From positions 30,132,001-30,196,000 of the forward strand of contig NC_135769.1 of NCBI RefSeq assembly GCF_052425735.1: a DNA stretch of 64,000 nucleotides. Direction: 5' to 3'. Below the pieces are notes generated by a model, which saw only the letters and a list, made by a program, of their open reading frames with translations, was not told the DNA's origin and did no database searches. This DNA comes from Oculina patagonica. Taxonomy: Eukaryota. Shown here piece after piece: positions 46,041 to 58,609 of this stretch (its first letter is position 1; each line of letters begins with the position of its first letter). The position numbers and the translations under genes are program-made.

Positions 46041-46914
46041 TGAAAAGACTTGTTTCCATATGATCACTAGCTCTACTGTGCGTCAAGTGTCACATCGTTA
46101 TAAAATAATTGTCTTCCACAAAATCGATCTCGCTCTGTCCAACATTTATATGTAGGTTTTCGGCTTTAAACGAGTCCATGCAAAGTTAGCCTCTTTGACG
46201 GTCTGGGCTCCACCAGTGTGGAGTCGGATTGCGGGAAAATTAGAAAACTAGGAAATAAGTATGGGAAATATATATAACTCAGTTTTTGCCGTGTTGAGTA
46301 GCCTCCATTCCAATGAAATGAAAAATGACGTACTCCAAAAGAAATTTCCTGCCAAACGGCAAGTATGGTACGAAAAAATGGAAAATGATAAAAAACAACG
46401 ACGAAAATCAAGCAAATTCATCGAATAGCAAGCGACATCGCATCGAATTAATCATCCTTCAAGACTAAGAAAACTATCATTGCGTTCAACGCCGCTCAAA
46501 ATGGCGTGAGTTTGCGTTCGCTTATTTTTCATAATTACCCATCCAATTAACCGACTAATGCGAGGAGACTTAACATCAGTGTGAAGTCGAGAGCCTACCC
46601 CTTTTCGCTTGGTGTATGCATGTTAGTGAGTTCCCATAGTGTTTGAATTTATAATAACGAGTTTTCTGGTTCTTCGTTTTTAATTTTAATCACTCAGTTC
46701 CTTTTTTACTCGTGAATGTAATGAAACGAGTATGGTTATGGAAAGTGATATGCAAATTTTCACTCGGTCAGTCTGTCGGTCGATGGGCTGTTAACTTTAA
46801 TTTATGAATAATAATTTATCCATTAAATTATGGGCTGTTAACTTTAATTTATGAATAATAATTTATGCTTTAAATTATAAATTAATTTTCCTTGTTTTTT
46901 TTTGTAACTTTTTG

Positions 46915-48190
46915 TTTCACCCCTCTGAGGTTTGAACCAGCGACTCCTATCATCAACTACCTGGTTTTGAAGACCAAGCGCTTAACCGCTAGACCACTTC
47001 GACTTCCGTGTCATTTGCGCCGAAAAGTAGCATATAGATTTCTTTGTAATGTTCTTATCCGAGTGACCGATACCGTAGGTTCAAAGTTTAATGGCTTGTA
47101 TGTATAAAACCTATTCGAATGGCTCGATTTATAGCTCTTAAAGAATTTCACATGACAAATAGAAGAAATAATCTTAGAGAAAATATGAAAATCTTCGAAG
47201 CACTAGTGATATTCCGTGTTTTCATGAAATTTTTAGATTTTGCAGGCACGAACTGTGGACTGCGACTGTGTTGGGTATTAAAAGGTTGATTTCAGGACAA
47301 TTGTATGAATAAAGTCCAATTTTAGCAGTATCTGAATGTTTTATAGTTCCAAGCGTATTGTACGATAATCAATAGTCATGATACGTAAATAATTTATCGT
47401 CAAAAAGCTCGCCAAACTGACGAATTTTGTTGCCTTTTAATAATATACTGTATAGTACTTGATTTGCATCTCTAATAGATTCATAAAAAAGGAGAAAGGA
47501 AAAAAAAGACGTCGTATAAAATTGTAAAAAAGATCGTCGTAAAAAAAATTTCACCCCTCTGAGGTTTGAACCGGCGACTCTTAACATCAACTATGGATTT
47601 GAAGACCAAACGCTTAACCGCTAGACCACTTCGACTTCCGTGTCATTTGCGCCGAAAAGTAGCATATAGATTTCTTTGTAATGTTCTTATCCGACTGACC
47701 GATACCGGACCCGATACCGTAGGTTCAAAGTTTAATGGCTTGTATGTATAAAACCTATTCGAATGGCTCGATTTATAGCTCTTAAAGAATTTCACATGAC
47801 AAATAGAAGAAATAATCTTAGAGAAAATATGAAAATCTTCGAAGCACTAGTGATATTCCGTGTTTTCATGAAATTTTTAGATTTTGCAGGCACGAACTGT
47901 GGACTGCGACTGTGTTGGGTATTAAAAGGTTGATTTCAGGACAATTGTATGAATAAAGTCCAATTTTAGCAGTCTCTGAATGTTTTATAGTTCCAAGCGT
48001 ATTGTACGATAATCAATAGTCATGATACGTAAATAATTTATCGTCAAAAAGCTCGCCAAACTGACGAATTTTGTTGCCTTTTAATAATATACTGTATAGT
48101 ACTTGATTTGCATCTCTAATAGATTCATAACAAAAGGAGAAGAAAAAAAAGACGTCGTATAAAATTGTAAAATAGATTGTCCTAAAAAAA
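46915..48190. repeat. Near-identical ~635-bp tandem duplication, each unit starting with a minus-strand tRNA-like sequence
   Basis: 46915-47548 repeated at 47549-48190. Confidence 0.92.
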
Positions 48191-50073
48191 AAAGGAATGG
48201 ATTACCCGCGTCCGCTGTAAACACAAGGAACCAACGTGATCATATCTCCCTTCAAACAACTTCTATACTAACATGCCGCTCACAAAAAGACAGAATCATT
48301 TCATAGCTCTACACCAATACATTTAGTATTCTCATTCACGAGTGGGCTAACAAAGCACCTTTGATTGTAAACAAACACTGACTTTTCCGAATTAACATAT
48401 CGAACTCGTTTTCGGTTTCGAATTCTGTTATTTGTTACTGCATTTGCTATATAATTTTTAAAACTGTGCAATAGACTTAATTTGTAATATGTTTATGATT
48501 GCAATTGAACTAAAAAAAATTAAGCCAGAAGAAATAGATTACTAAGCTCTGTATATGGAAACCTTTAGCACCACTGCTGCAACACGGTTCAAGATTCAAA
48601 CTATATTGGTCTTTTTGGGGGATTTTTAAGATAATTCAGTAAATATGCCACGTTTTGTTTTTTTTCTACACCATCTGATTCAAAATTCAAGATATTTTTT
48701 AATGAGCAAGTCGAAACTTACCGGTTTAAAACAGGTTGACGCGAAGTGAGAGAACGAGTCTTCCGGCCTGGGAAATAATCTGATAAACACGGGCTGAAGA
48801 TTTCTGCCTTGAAAAAAGACCACGAATGAAGAAGATTCACATTCGCCTTAGATTTTCAGGAAACAAGGGAACAAACGTTTCTGTTTCTTCGTTTTTGTTT
48901 TACTGTTTGCTTCGACTGCAAGTTTAATTAAAAGCTAAAAGTGTTTTCGTTATTAAATTTGATGAGCAAATATACTTTCCTTAGGTGCTTTAAATGTTTA
49001 ATTAATTTAGCTGCTAGAGTCTGTCAAAAACATGTCTATTCAGTGCCTTGACATTACTTCCTTAGTCTTTCCAATATCCTTATCTGTTCTACCAAGTGAT
49101 GCTTTTAGGGGGGTTATGTTGCCGTACTTTTGCCCAGTCGCAAAGTCTGTCAATCCCTGATGGAACAAATATATTAAAAGGCAACAGGCCACCTGGCCCC
49201 TTCCCAGTTTTGTCAGCGGAAGACACTGCTGGCAACAGCATCGTTAAAATTAGTTCTCCGGTAATATTGTCGATGCACGAAATTACCGGCCTTCAAATTA
49301 AGGGAACTTTAACATTTAGCTTAGTGACGTATACTAACAACTAATAAAACAACAGCTACAAGGTTCCCAGGAAGTTTGAGACGGATAACGGAATTGTCAA
49401 TTTTAACCATTAATCTTAAATAGGTATTGCAAAGTATCGAATTTAAAGCTTATTAAACTTCACAAATATTTTTTGTTAGAGCTTGTTACCTTCCTTAATA
49501 TGAATGCAAACAGTACGAAATTTAAGCAAGCTTTACCTTACGTTTACAATAGAGATTTATAATATGCATTCTCCAGCCATATCGATCATTTTTTCTGTCC
49601 AAAACCGATACCAAAGGAGCAAATGTGAAACGCTTTGGGCTGGCGGGTAACATTTACTGTTTCTGTGAGAGAAAAAAACACGCTAATGAAATTCACAATC
49701 TAATTCTCTCTCTAGTTGACATTAAATAAAAGACGTGTAAACTAAAACCACTTAAGTCGGAAGCCATGATATAAAGTCTGTCATAAAGTCAAATGTGTTG
49801 TACCAACATGGTATCTGAGCATGGAAAGCACGTGTCAAATTTCTTGATCTGTACAGAGCATGCGTTAAAACAAGGTAAGTGTAAAGGCCAGCCACACAGT
49901 TTTTACTGTGAAAGGTTTTACTAGCTAGCTAGCTTTTCCTGATTTTGGCCTTGTCGCTGGCAACAACTGTACCAATTTTCATATATAGAGTCAGAATAGA
50001 GGGACGTCCGTAATCTAGTTCCTTAAGAAAGTTGCAGTTCAAGAATTTAAATTTAGTTCCACAATGCATTGTA

Positions 50074-50245
50074 CAGTCAACTCTCTCTTAACGGACACCT
50101 TGATAAGACGGACACCGCTATAAGACGGACACTTGGTGTTGGTGCCGTCCTTGCCGTTTTCTCAGTCATTTCACTGTAACTTAACTCCCTATAAGACGGA
50201 CAGTTTCAGCAGGTCCCAGAGTGCCGTTTTAGATGGAGTTGACTG
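50074..50245. mobile_element. Tc1/mariner-type MITE
   Basis: TA|CAGTCAACTC...GAGTTGACTG|TA; internal TAAGACGGACA repeats. Confidence 0.85.
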
Positions 50246-51047
50246 TATAATAACCATTTGCTCAAGTACTGCACATGAATGTTTTTTAAAAAGAAAATTG
50301 TTTGTATGTGAAACAATAACATCATGATCAACAGCCAAAGCACATGCTTTATTTCCGTAAAGAATAAATTAGATTACGTAACAAAATATTTGATATGAAA
50401 ATTAGGTAAATTTACCCAGGATGACTAAAAAGCTAATCAAGCTAAACAGCGTGCAAAACCAATAAAAATTCATGCGCACGGCAAAATAATTATGTAAAAA
50501 TATTACAAATAATTATGTAAATCACCTTAGGGAATCTTACGTAGGTCTCGACCATTTTTCTATTTCTTAAGTTAAACTCTATTTTAGTACTTTGTTTTTA
50601 GTCATTTTAATTGTATAATATAATGAGGGCCACTAGTTTCTCAGTTTTTAACTGTAAAGTGTTTTTACCCTCGTTAAATAAAGTTATTATTATTATAATA
50701 ACAGTTTCTTTGTAATATGTGGGTTCGGGCATGTAGATATATTGAAGCTGCAATTATATTAAGAAATAAAATAATTGACATTCTTAGACATGATATTTTT
50801 GATACGTGTATTAAGCGTTACAGCTAATATTTAAGTGATGGATCGTCAAATCATCGTAATCAAAAACAAAAAATATTTATAGAAATGGTCGACGTCAGGA
50901 CCGAATCTTTGCTATAAGCCAACAATTGTGAAACTTAGGAGCCATGCAATATTAAGCTGGTTTTGCTAACTGAGCCTGTGGTATACACATATCTATATAG
51001 CTTATATAAGGGAGAAACACCTCCGTGGTAAAGAAACACAATAGTTC

Positions 51048-53101
51048 TTAGAAAATGATTTCTGCCGTGCGAGTCGGAGTAATGTTGCCAGTGTTGGGGG
51101 ACTCGATTTCTTGCTCTTCGCTTGAAGTGCGAGCTCTGTTTGCAGAACAGAAGGTGCAGCATATCATTCCCTTTAACTTCTCTCTGAATCGCTGGTTTAT
51201 CAGAGCATATACAAAAGGATTGACGGCCGAATTGAACAGGATCATTACTGCAGCAATGGCCCAAGTAATATTACTTGGACTGCTGGTGGTGCTGTGATAG
51301 CTCAGGAGGAAGATTACTGCGTCAGTCAGCCAGCAGATTGAGAAGATGATACTGACGGTAACAGCCACCAAGGTGACACGCTTCCTGATTTTTAGCACCC
51401 CCTGAAAGTAGAGAGCAGAATTTTCAGTTTGGAAGTAATGCAAAAACAAAAAATACAGCTGTGGCTAAATCCGTTTTGTCAAGGAAAAAGTCCCGACTCA
51501 TTTGTGTAAGCCGTAGGACATCGATTCGCTGAAATCCCTTTTGCAATGGGAATTTTCTATTGATATCTACGTTTAAAGATTAAAATAAATATATCTCTTT
51601 GGGTCATCAACAACATTATACCTTTAATGTATAGGCTGTTGCGTATACACGTCTTAACATTTAGTTGCTATTGCACATAAGTTGTTATCCCATCATTCCA
51701 GAGCTTTAAACACTGCTTAACATGAAACAACATTTCATGGATCGACCAAGATCAATAAACACTATTTGAAAACGATCAGAAGTTTTTCAAACTAAAATCT
51801 CCTTTCAGAAACAACGTTACGTCTCATGAGACCTTTTCTCATACCTGTTGTTGAAAGGAAACTCCGTTTTGATCGTTGCGTTTGAACCACAGATTGTACA
51901 CCACACTGGAGTACAATGCAAGCATTAACGGTATGGGAAGGCCTCCAAACACTAGAAACCACACCACGCTGAAGGCCTTGCCCATCCATTCCTCAGAAAA
52001 GTCCATAATGCAGATTCCAAGCGTCTGGTTATAATCTGAACTCACAAAGCCCGGCATTTCCATGATCAATGCAAAGATCCAAGACACAGGAATTATCACC
52101 TGAAATAAATAAATAATAAATAGTATTTTATGTACAGAATTAATGAAAAAATAAGTTGTGGAATCTCCCTGCGTTAATGGAGAATTTTAACGCACACATT
52201 TAATATCTTCTACTTCTTGATTTCGTATGAAGGTTGCTTTTCGAGTATTATGTCAGTTAAAGCACGACTAAAAAGGTTTGTGGCGATTCCTCTCTATTTT
52301 TATTATATCATTTCGGCTATGGAATTGGATCAAGGGAATTCCACATTAAAGATTAATAATGATGGTTCTTACCTTCAATTTGGCATTGGTGAGTTTTCCT
52401 TTGTTAACAAGAGGATAATTCACCGCGTAGTAACGTTCAACGGCGATAGCAACTAAGGTGAAAGCCGAGCAAGCACCTCCAACCCACGCAAAGCTTCCAC
52501 CAGTTACTAAACTGCATAACACTCTGCCAATGACGCCGTCTGGGTGGTTGAACGTGTGGATTAAAACGTGAAAGGGGATAAAAAATGTTGCCACCAACAT
52601 GTCTGCCACAGCTAAGTTTACCAGAAGATAGTTGAATGGACTCCTGTTTGATATAAATTATTATTAATCCCAACATTTGATAATTCCCAATTATTTCAAC
52701 TCAAATTCCTTAAAAAATGTTTAGTAGCACATTTTTTTCATTGTTGGTCACACGGCAAACGTTGCCTGATTTTTGGAACAAAACTGAAATTTTACAACGG
52801 AACGTATAACAACCAACATAGTAGACCCTTTGAGGCAAGTAACGCTACGAGAACTAATGGAATTACTTTAGCGCCGGCTGTGTTGGGTCAGTGGATCTTG
52901 GACATACTTTGCCTATGGTTGGATGTATATATGTAGTCGTTAAAGCTGAACCTCTTAAATCATCTTTTTTCCAGGATCGACATACCTCATGTCTTGATTT
53001 CTTGTGATGACCACACAAACAAGGGAGTTCCCGATGATGTCGACGATGGCAAATATAGAAAGCACTGCCACTATGGCAACTTGACCTGATTCAGAATCCA
53101 T
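51048..53101 (-). CDS. Class A RYamide/tachykinin/QRFP-receptor-like GPCR; exons 53101-52986, 52643-52373, 52099-51845, 51401-51048 (331 aa)
   Basis: All introns GT-AG and in frame; GNSLV, NLAVAD, ERY, NPFVY. Confidence 0.9.
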
Positions 53102-53145
53102 GACCTATGGCATCTACTCTGCACTAACAAGCAAATCTGATATCT

Positions 53146-53177
53146 TAAACAAAAACAAACAAACAAACAAACAAACA
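53146..53177. repeat. (AAAC)n microsatellite
   Basis: Direct reading. Confidence 0.9.
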
Positions 53178-53345
53178 AGTAGCGTAGCTTAGCAGTTAAA
53201 GTGTTGAGAGCACAATTGCAAATCATGGTGTGCCACGCAGCACTGACTTTAGAATTAACTTTAAGCTAGTTGAAGGTGCTGAATTTCCTTTCGAGCGTCT
53301 TATCCGGTGGTGGTTCCCGCTTTCCAGGGCTAATATCAGTGCTGC

Positions 53346-54112
53346 GTGGCACAAAATATGCAATCGCAACTGTACTCAAAGGAGTACACAAATCATTCCA
53401 TTCGAGCTACAGCCGTAACAATCCTCGACAAATCTGGGTTCGGAGCCCGCCACATAATGTCCCTCAGTGATCATAGAAGTGAAAGTTATATCAGAAGTTA
53501 TAGCAAAACGGACGAGTCAACAAAAAAGAGGATGTCGGAAACGTTGACCGCCGCTGCTGTAAGTGATGTTTCGGCTGTAAGGTCAGAAAGCCTGAAGGTG
53601 GTTGAGCGACATGTGCCGGTGTCTCCAATTCTCAGTCTTTCGCAAGAAGAGCACATCATGAGAGATGTCCACGTGTCATCCCACTCGCCATTGAAGAAAC
53701 AGTACACTTTTGACAAATGCAATGTTATCTTCAATTTAACTTTTTCTGACCAAACGTTATCTTTAATTGAGTTTTCTGATAGTAATCAGTTGTACATTTC
53801 TGTTCGCAGTGTTAGAAAATGTGTTCCGTGTGTCAGTGCGTTCATTTAAGGCACTCACTGGAACATTTCTATTTATGGACATTGTTCAGTGGAAAATATT
53901 AAATAAACTGCGTTCGTGTGACAGTGCGTTTGTCATTTTTTTGACAATGTATAATAAAACAGTTATTAGATTCGGTTTTTGTGATATCCAGAATAATCAA
54001 GAACTCGGTAAGTGTTATCAGCCTCAGCCTTCGGCTTCGGCTGATAACACTTACCTCGACCTTGATTATTATATCTGGATATCACAAATAACCTCATCCA
54101 ATAACTGTTTAA
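53346..54112 (+). mobile_element. Crypton-like tyrosine-recombinase element remnant (C-terminal YR fragment plus palindromic end)
   Basis: YTNHSIRAT...HIMSLSDHRSESYIRSY carries the HxxR, H and catalytic Y of DUF3504/Crypton recombinases. An imperfect ~160-bp palindrome follows at ~53950-54112. Confidence 0.7.
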
Positions 54113-54144
54113 TATCTTAATTACCCACGACCGGCTCCTGTCTA

Positions 54145-54215
54145 GCCTTGTAGCTCAGTTGGTAGAGAAACAGTGATCTAATATGCAGGTCGTGGGTTCG
54201 AATCCCACCGAGGTC
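54145..54215 (+). mobile_element. tRNA-like SINE head
   Basis: A box TAGCTCAGTTGG, B box GGTTCGAATCC; anticodon arm does not pair. Confidence 0.6.
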
Positions 54216-56848
54216 CAGATATGTCCAGGATTGAACGCTAATGAGATGCACGTTCCTCATGACAGACATCACAAAGTGTCCTTATTAATAAAAATTCACC
54301 AAAACACACCAAATTTTGTCAAATATGAAGTAATATGGAAATGTCAAATAACACAGTCAAACATGAAGTACTCATTAAACAATACCTGCGTTCAATCCTG
54401 GACATAAGTGCCGAGGTCAAATATTTTTTTAGTAAACTCGCAACTTCCCATCACCGGTGCTTTCCCTGTGTCGAAAACTATAGATCGTGGCGCTTATGTT
54501 CACATTTTTTTTCGGCGCGATTTTTTTTTCGTTCATGCTTCCTGAACGCTTAATCACAACCAAACTAAAAGTGAATTTCATCCACGTACAACTGTCCACA
54601 TGCCCACTTTCCCACATGCTCACATGTCTACATGTCTTCATTTACACACGTACACGTATTACAGGTCGAAAAATGCACATGTGCACGGGTGCAAATGCTA
54701 AATGAACACATGTCCACATTTCCACACGTGTCCAAATTTACTCATGTCCACATGTACGTATACATTTTGGCCACTGCACTACATTCGTTCTGAATAATTA
54801 CTGACCCACAAAATCCTATTGTTCTCTCTCTGCAATATATCGAATATTGCAACCATGAATTAAAACATCAGTATGGAAGCGACTGAAATCGTCGATGTGA
54901 TCAAAGTCTCTTCGAGATACCGAATTTTTTGCATGAAGTATGAGTCGAAAGTTTATCCTGTGCATTGTTCTTCGAACTTATCATTACAGTTGCTTTGTAG
55001 TTTAGTTTAACAATTTCCTATCTTCGCGGAGGAAATGCAGCCATATAGTTTTGTCAAAAATGGCTCGTTCGCGCTGGGTATTTATACACATATTCCTCAA
55101 CATTACACAAATAAACAGTGCAAATTTCACCGAGATCTGACAATTCTATACATTAAAATTGCAAGGACCTTTCGAGGCAGTCAATTACGGCAGCGAAATT
55201 AGCAAAATATGCGTTCGACGCTTTGTTTTTGCAACGCAATATTTGAATTGTTATAGGTAGACCGCTGTTCAATTTGTTCAAGGCCGTATCGTTACGATTG
55301 CTCCACGAAAAAGCATGCAAAGATAGGGATATTTCCGACTACTGTAGGAGAACGGCGTAAACAAATCGATACACTCGTGCTGCGTTTTATCTGGGCTCTG
55401 CGAGGGTCGGATATCAATACAGCTTCTTCGTGGGCTTAAGAAAGATTAAACAAAAGCCATATATACAGTGAATGCTTTCAAATTATATTTGAAGATGAAA
55501 TACGAAAGAATTTGGCTGTCTTTGACTGAAATTCCACTCGAACTGCGTATATACGATCGCATGTTGTAAAGCCGATTCATGCAACATTGCTGTCAACGCG
55601 AAGTCACATCGACTCGGATTGCAAAGCGCTAATCATTAACATTGGAAAATGGCGCTTGTAGCAACCAAATTTGGCCTAATTTTTAACCTTTTAAGCTAAA
55701 AGAAGCCTCCAACGTTAACTCTTGCATTTGTTTTAACTTCAATAATATCTTTGAAAAGAGCGAGTTTTTTTGGTATGGTTTATTTTTGACGTTTGTAATA
55801 TTTAAACGATGTAAGTGCTAGTGATTATTTATTCGTGTTTTAGCGTTAGTTACGCAATCCATTGTTATTGCGACGCTTTTTATAGATCGCCTTTCAGACA
55901 CACGTGCATTGAGATAAGAAAGCTGACATGTCACTTTTAAAATTGTTATATAACGTTTGTAAATGTGACAAGTCACGTTTTTTCTACGAGATCGCAAGTG
56001 ATCACCCACAGCGGAAAGTAATCCCTTGAGAAATTAAAATATTCCCTTGAGAAATTAAAACAGTCCCTTGAGAGTTAACAAGAATGTGGTTCGAGATTGC
56101 CCAACTTAACCGCTATTCTCCTTCCTTTTGCTTGTAAACAAGTAAAAAAGTCGAAAAAATAGGGTTTTAGGAGGGTCAATAATTATAGCGGCCTCATGCC
56201 CAGCTGCCTGCAATATATCCAATAATGCTGTGAGCTTCAGTAATTATCTATTAACTAACGTCATTGCTAGAGCCCGTATAGCCTGCGAGCAGACTAACTC
56301 TTGAGCGTCGAAGCTGCTTGAATGGGTCGTTCAAGCCGCTTCGCCGCTTGTGCGTGTGATCCAAAGGTGAGCCTGCTCGCAGGCTTTAGCCCGTATTCAA
56401 AATCAATGCATCTGCCAAAGGGTCTGCCAAAATTAAAGATATAACGCAGAGAAAACGATGGCATCTGCTGAGGATGAATAACCATAATAGATAACTGCTA
56501 AAACACACGGCATTATCAGATGAAATAACAGCATTGTAATCTACGCATTGATATCGATTGATCTCTTTTGCTGGTTTCGAATTCTGATTATATCTTTACA
56601 ACTGTCGACGTAATTAAATTTGAAATGTAATTGGTTTTAAGCCAAAGCACTAAAAGCAATTTCTTTAACTGTTCATATAAAGGTCTAAATATTTAAGCTT
56701 CTAGAAACATTGCGTCGAACATTGTAGCTTTGTTGAGGAAAAACAAAATAATGTTAATAATTAACGAGCGAAAAGACCAAACTCACTTACCACTTTTTAC
56801 GATTCAATCAAAATATTTAAGATTCAATCAAGTGTTATCAAATAAAGT

Positions 56849-56920
56849 TCTTACTTACTTGCTCGCTCGCTCGCTCGCTCGCTCACCAACTCACTTACTT
56901 ACTCACTCACTCACTCACGC
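56849..56920. repeat. Compound tetranucleotide microsatellite (CTTA/CTCG/CTCA)
   Basis: Direct reading. Confidence 0.85.
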
Positions 56921-57602
56921 TGTCAAATAAAAGGTTATTTCTCACATTTCAAATTAAAAATTGAAGCGTGAGATATCCCTTTTAAACAAGTCTAAACTTA
57001 CATGTCTGAAAAGAGTTGACACGGGTACAACACAAGACTTGTGGCTTGATGAACAGTTGTCTGCTTGAAACGGGTTAAATTTCTACCTTTCTGCCTTTTT
57101 TCTGCGAAGACGACGAAAAGCTTACATTCGCCTCAAATTTTCAGGGAACAAACTTTCGTGCTTCAACTTTTTCGTTTTACCGTCTGCTTCGAAAGCTAGT
57201 TTAATTAAAAGCTAAAAATGCTCCGTCCTTAAATTTGGTATGTAATTATAATGCTAATGTAATGATTCTGTTAGTTTCCGGCAAAAACATGTCCATTTCC
57301 TTGACGCTACTAACAAGTCTTTCCAATATCCTTATCTACTCCACTCACTGATGCTTTTAATGCAGTTATATTGCATGTTTGTAGTTTGTAAGGCCTTTGT
57401 CGGTCAGGAGAACAAAAATACATTAAAAAGAGAACCTGCCAGCTGGCAATTTTTCCATCTTAGGCATTCGGCCGCCGACTAAGTCACTTATTTGCGATGC
57501 ACAAAATTAGTCGGAAAAACATTTATATACAGCTTAGTGACGTATATTTACGCCATATAGGGAAAAAAATAACAAACCGAAAGAGTTAAACAAGGATAGT
57601 TA

Positions 57603-57741
57603 AGCCTGGTTCTCATATGATCGTCCCGATCGTCTCTGTCGCTTCTGTCGTTTGCAAAGTCTGAGGCGATTGGAGCAAGCACACTTTCTGAAGCGACAGA
57701 AGTGACAGAGACGATCGGAGCGATCATATGAGAACCAGCCT
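57603..57741. mobile_element. Harbinger-like hairpin MITE
   Basis: TTA|AGCCTGGTTCTCATATGATCG...CGATCATATGAGAACCAGCCT|TTA; long arms, 3-bp TTA TSD. Confidence 0.85.
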
Positions 57742-58609
57742 TTAAGATCGGGGAAGTTTTAGGCGGATCACGGAATCAAAAATGTCAATCATTTTAAAAT
57801 CATGACCTGCTCACATGTTAGCTAATTTGAGAGTTACGTGTTGCGACTGAAAGGTCTAATAAATCTAGAGCTCCTTTATGAACATTTGTTTGTTAGAACC
57901 TTGTTACCTGCCTTACTATACGAATATAAACAGCACGAATATACAAACGCCATTCCTTCACGTATGGCGCTTAAAGAGACTATGTCACGGGGATTTCGCT
58001 GATTTTTGGTCTAAACTGTTCTGAAGTAAGTGGTAGGAATCTTAACTTGTGAAAAACTTTGTCTTTGAACATTCAACTGAAGATATAACCTTTATTTGGG
58101 CATAGAAATCAAACTACGGCCATAAGTATCGATTTTTTTGAAGGCGCGCAGAAACAACTTGAAAACGTTGGCTAACGTTTTCAAATTGCAATCCATTTCC
58201 ATCCGAGCTATCCGCAGCCAAACGCGCTGCTAAACAGTTTTGTGTTCTAAAATAGCAATTGTTAACAACTATGGACCATCATTTTTTAAAAGTTCCTACG
58301 ACACAAATATAAATTCTAGCTGTTCAAAATGATGTTTTTTCCCTCTGTATCGTTTATTTGTTCTGTCCAAGACCAGTATAAAAGGAGAAATATTTGAAAA
58401 TTCGTGTTTGGTTGTTGTATGGCAGCTGTTTCACCAGAAAACAAAACAAAGTAAAATACAAAAAAAAAAAATAATAAAAATAAAGAAATTAAAGGAAAAC
58501 AGAACAGAACAGAACATAAAATAATATTCAAATTTACATTCCACCTGCCGTATGTCATCAAATAAAATGACATGTAAACTAAAACCAATTAAATCGGAAG
58601 CCGCGTTAT

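Noticed and set aside
57971-58300. TTAAAG..A.TATGTCACGG end resembling a Kolobok-type element (also at 24438)
   Set aside because: Only one end recognised; no matching TIR or TSD found.
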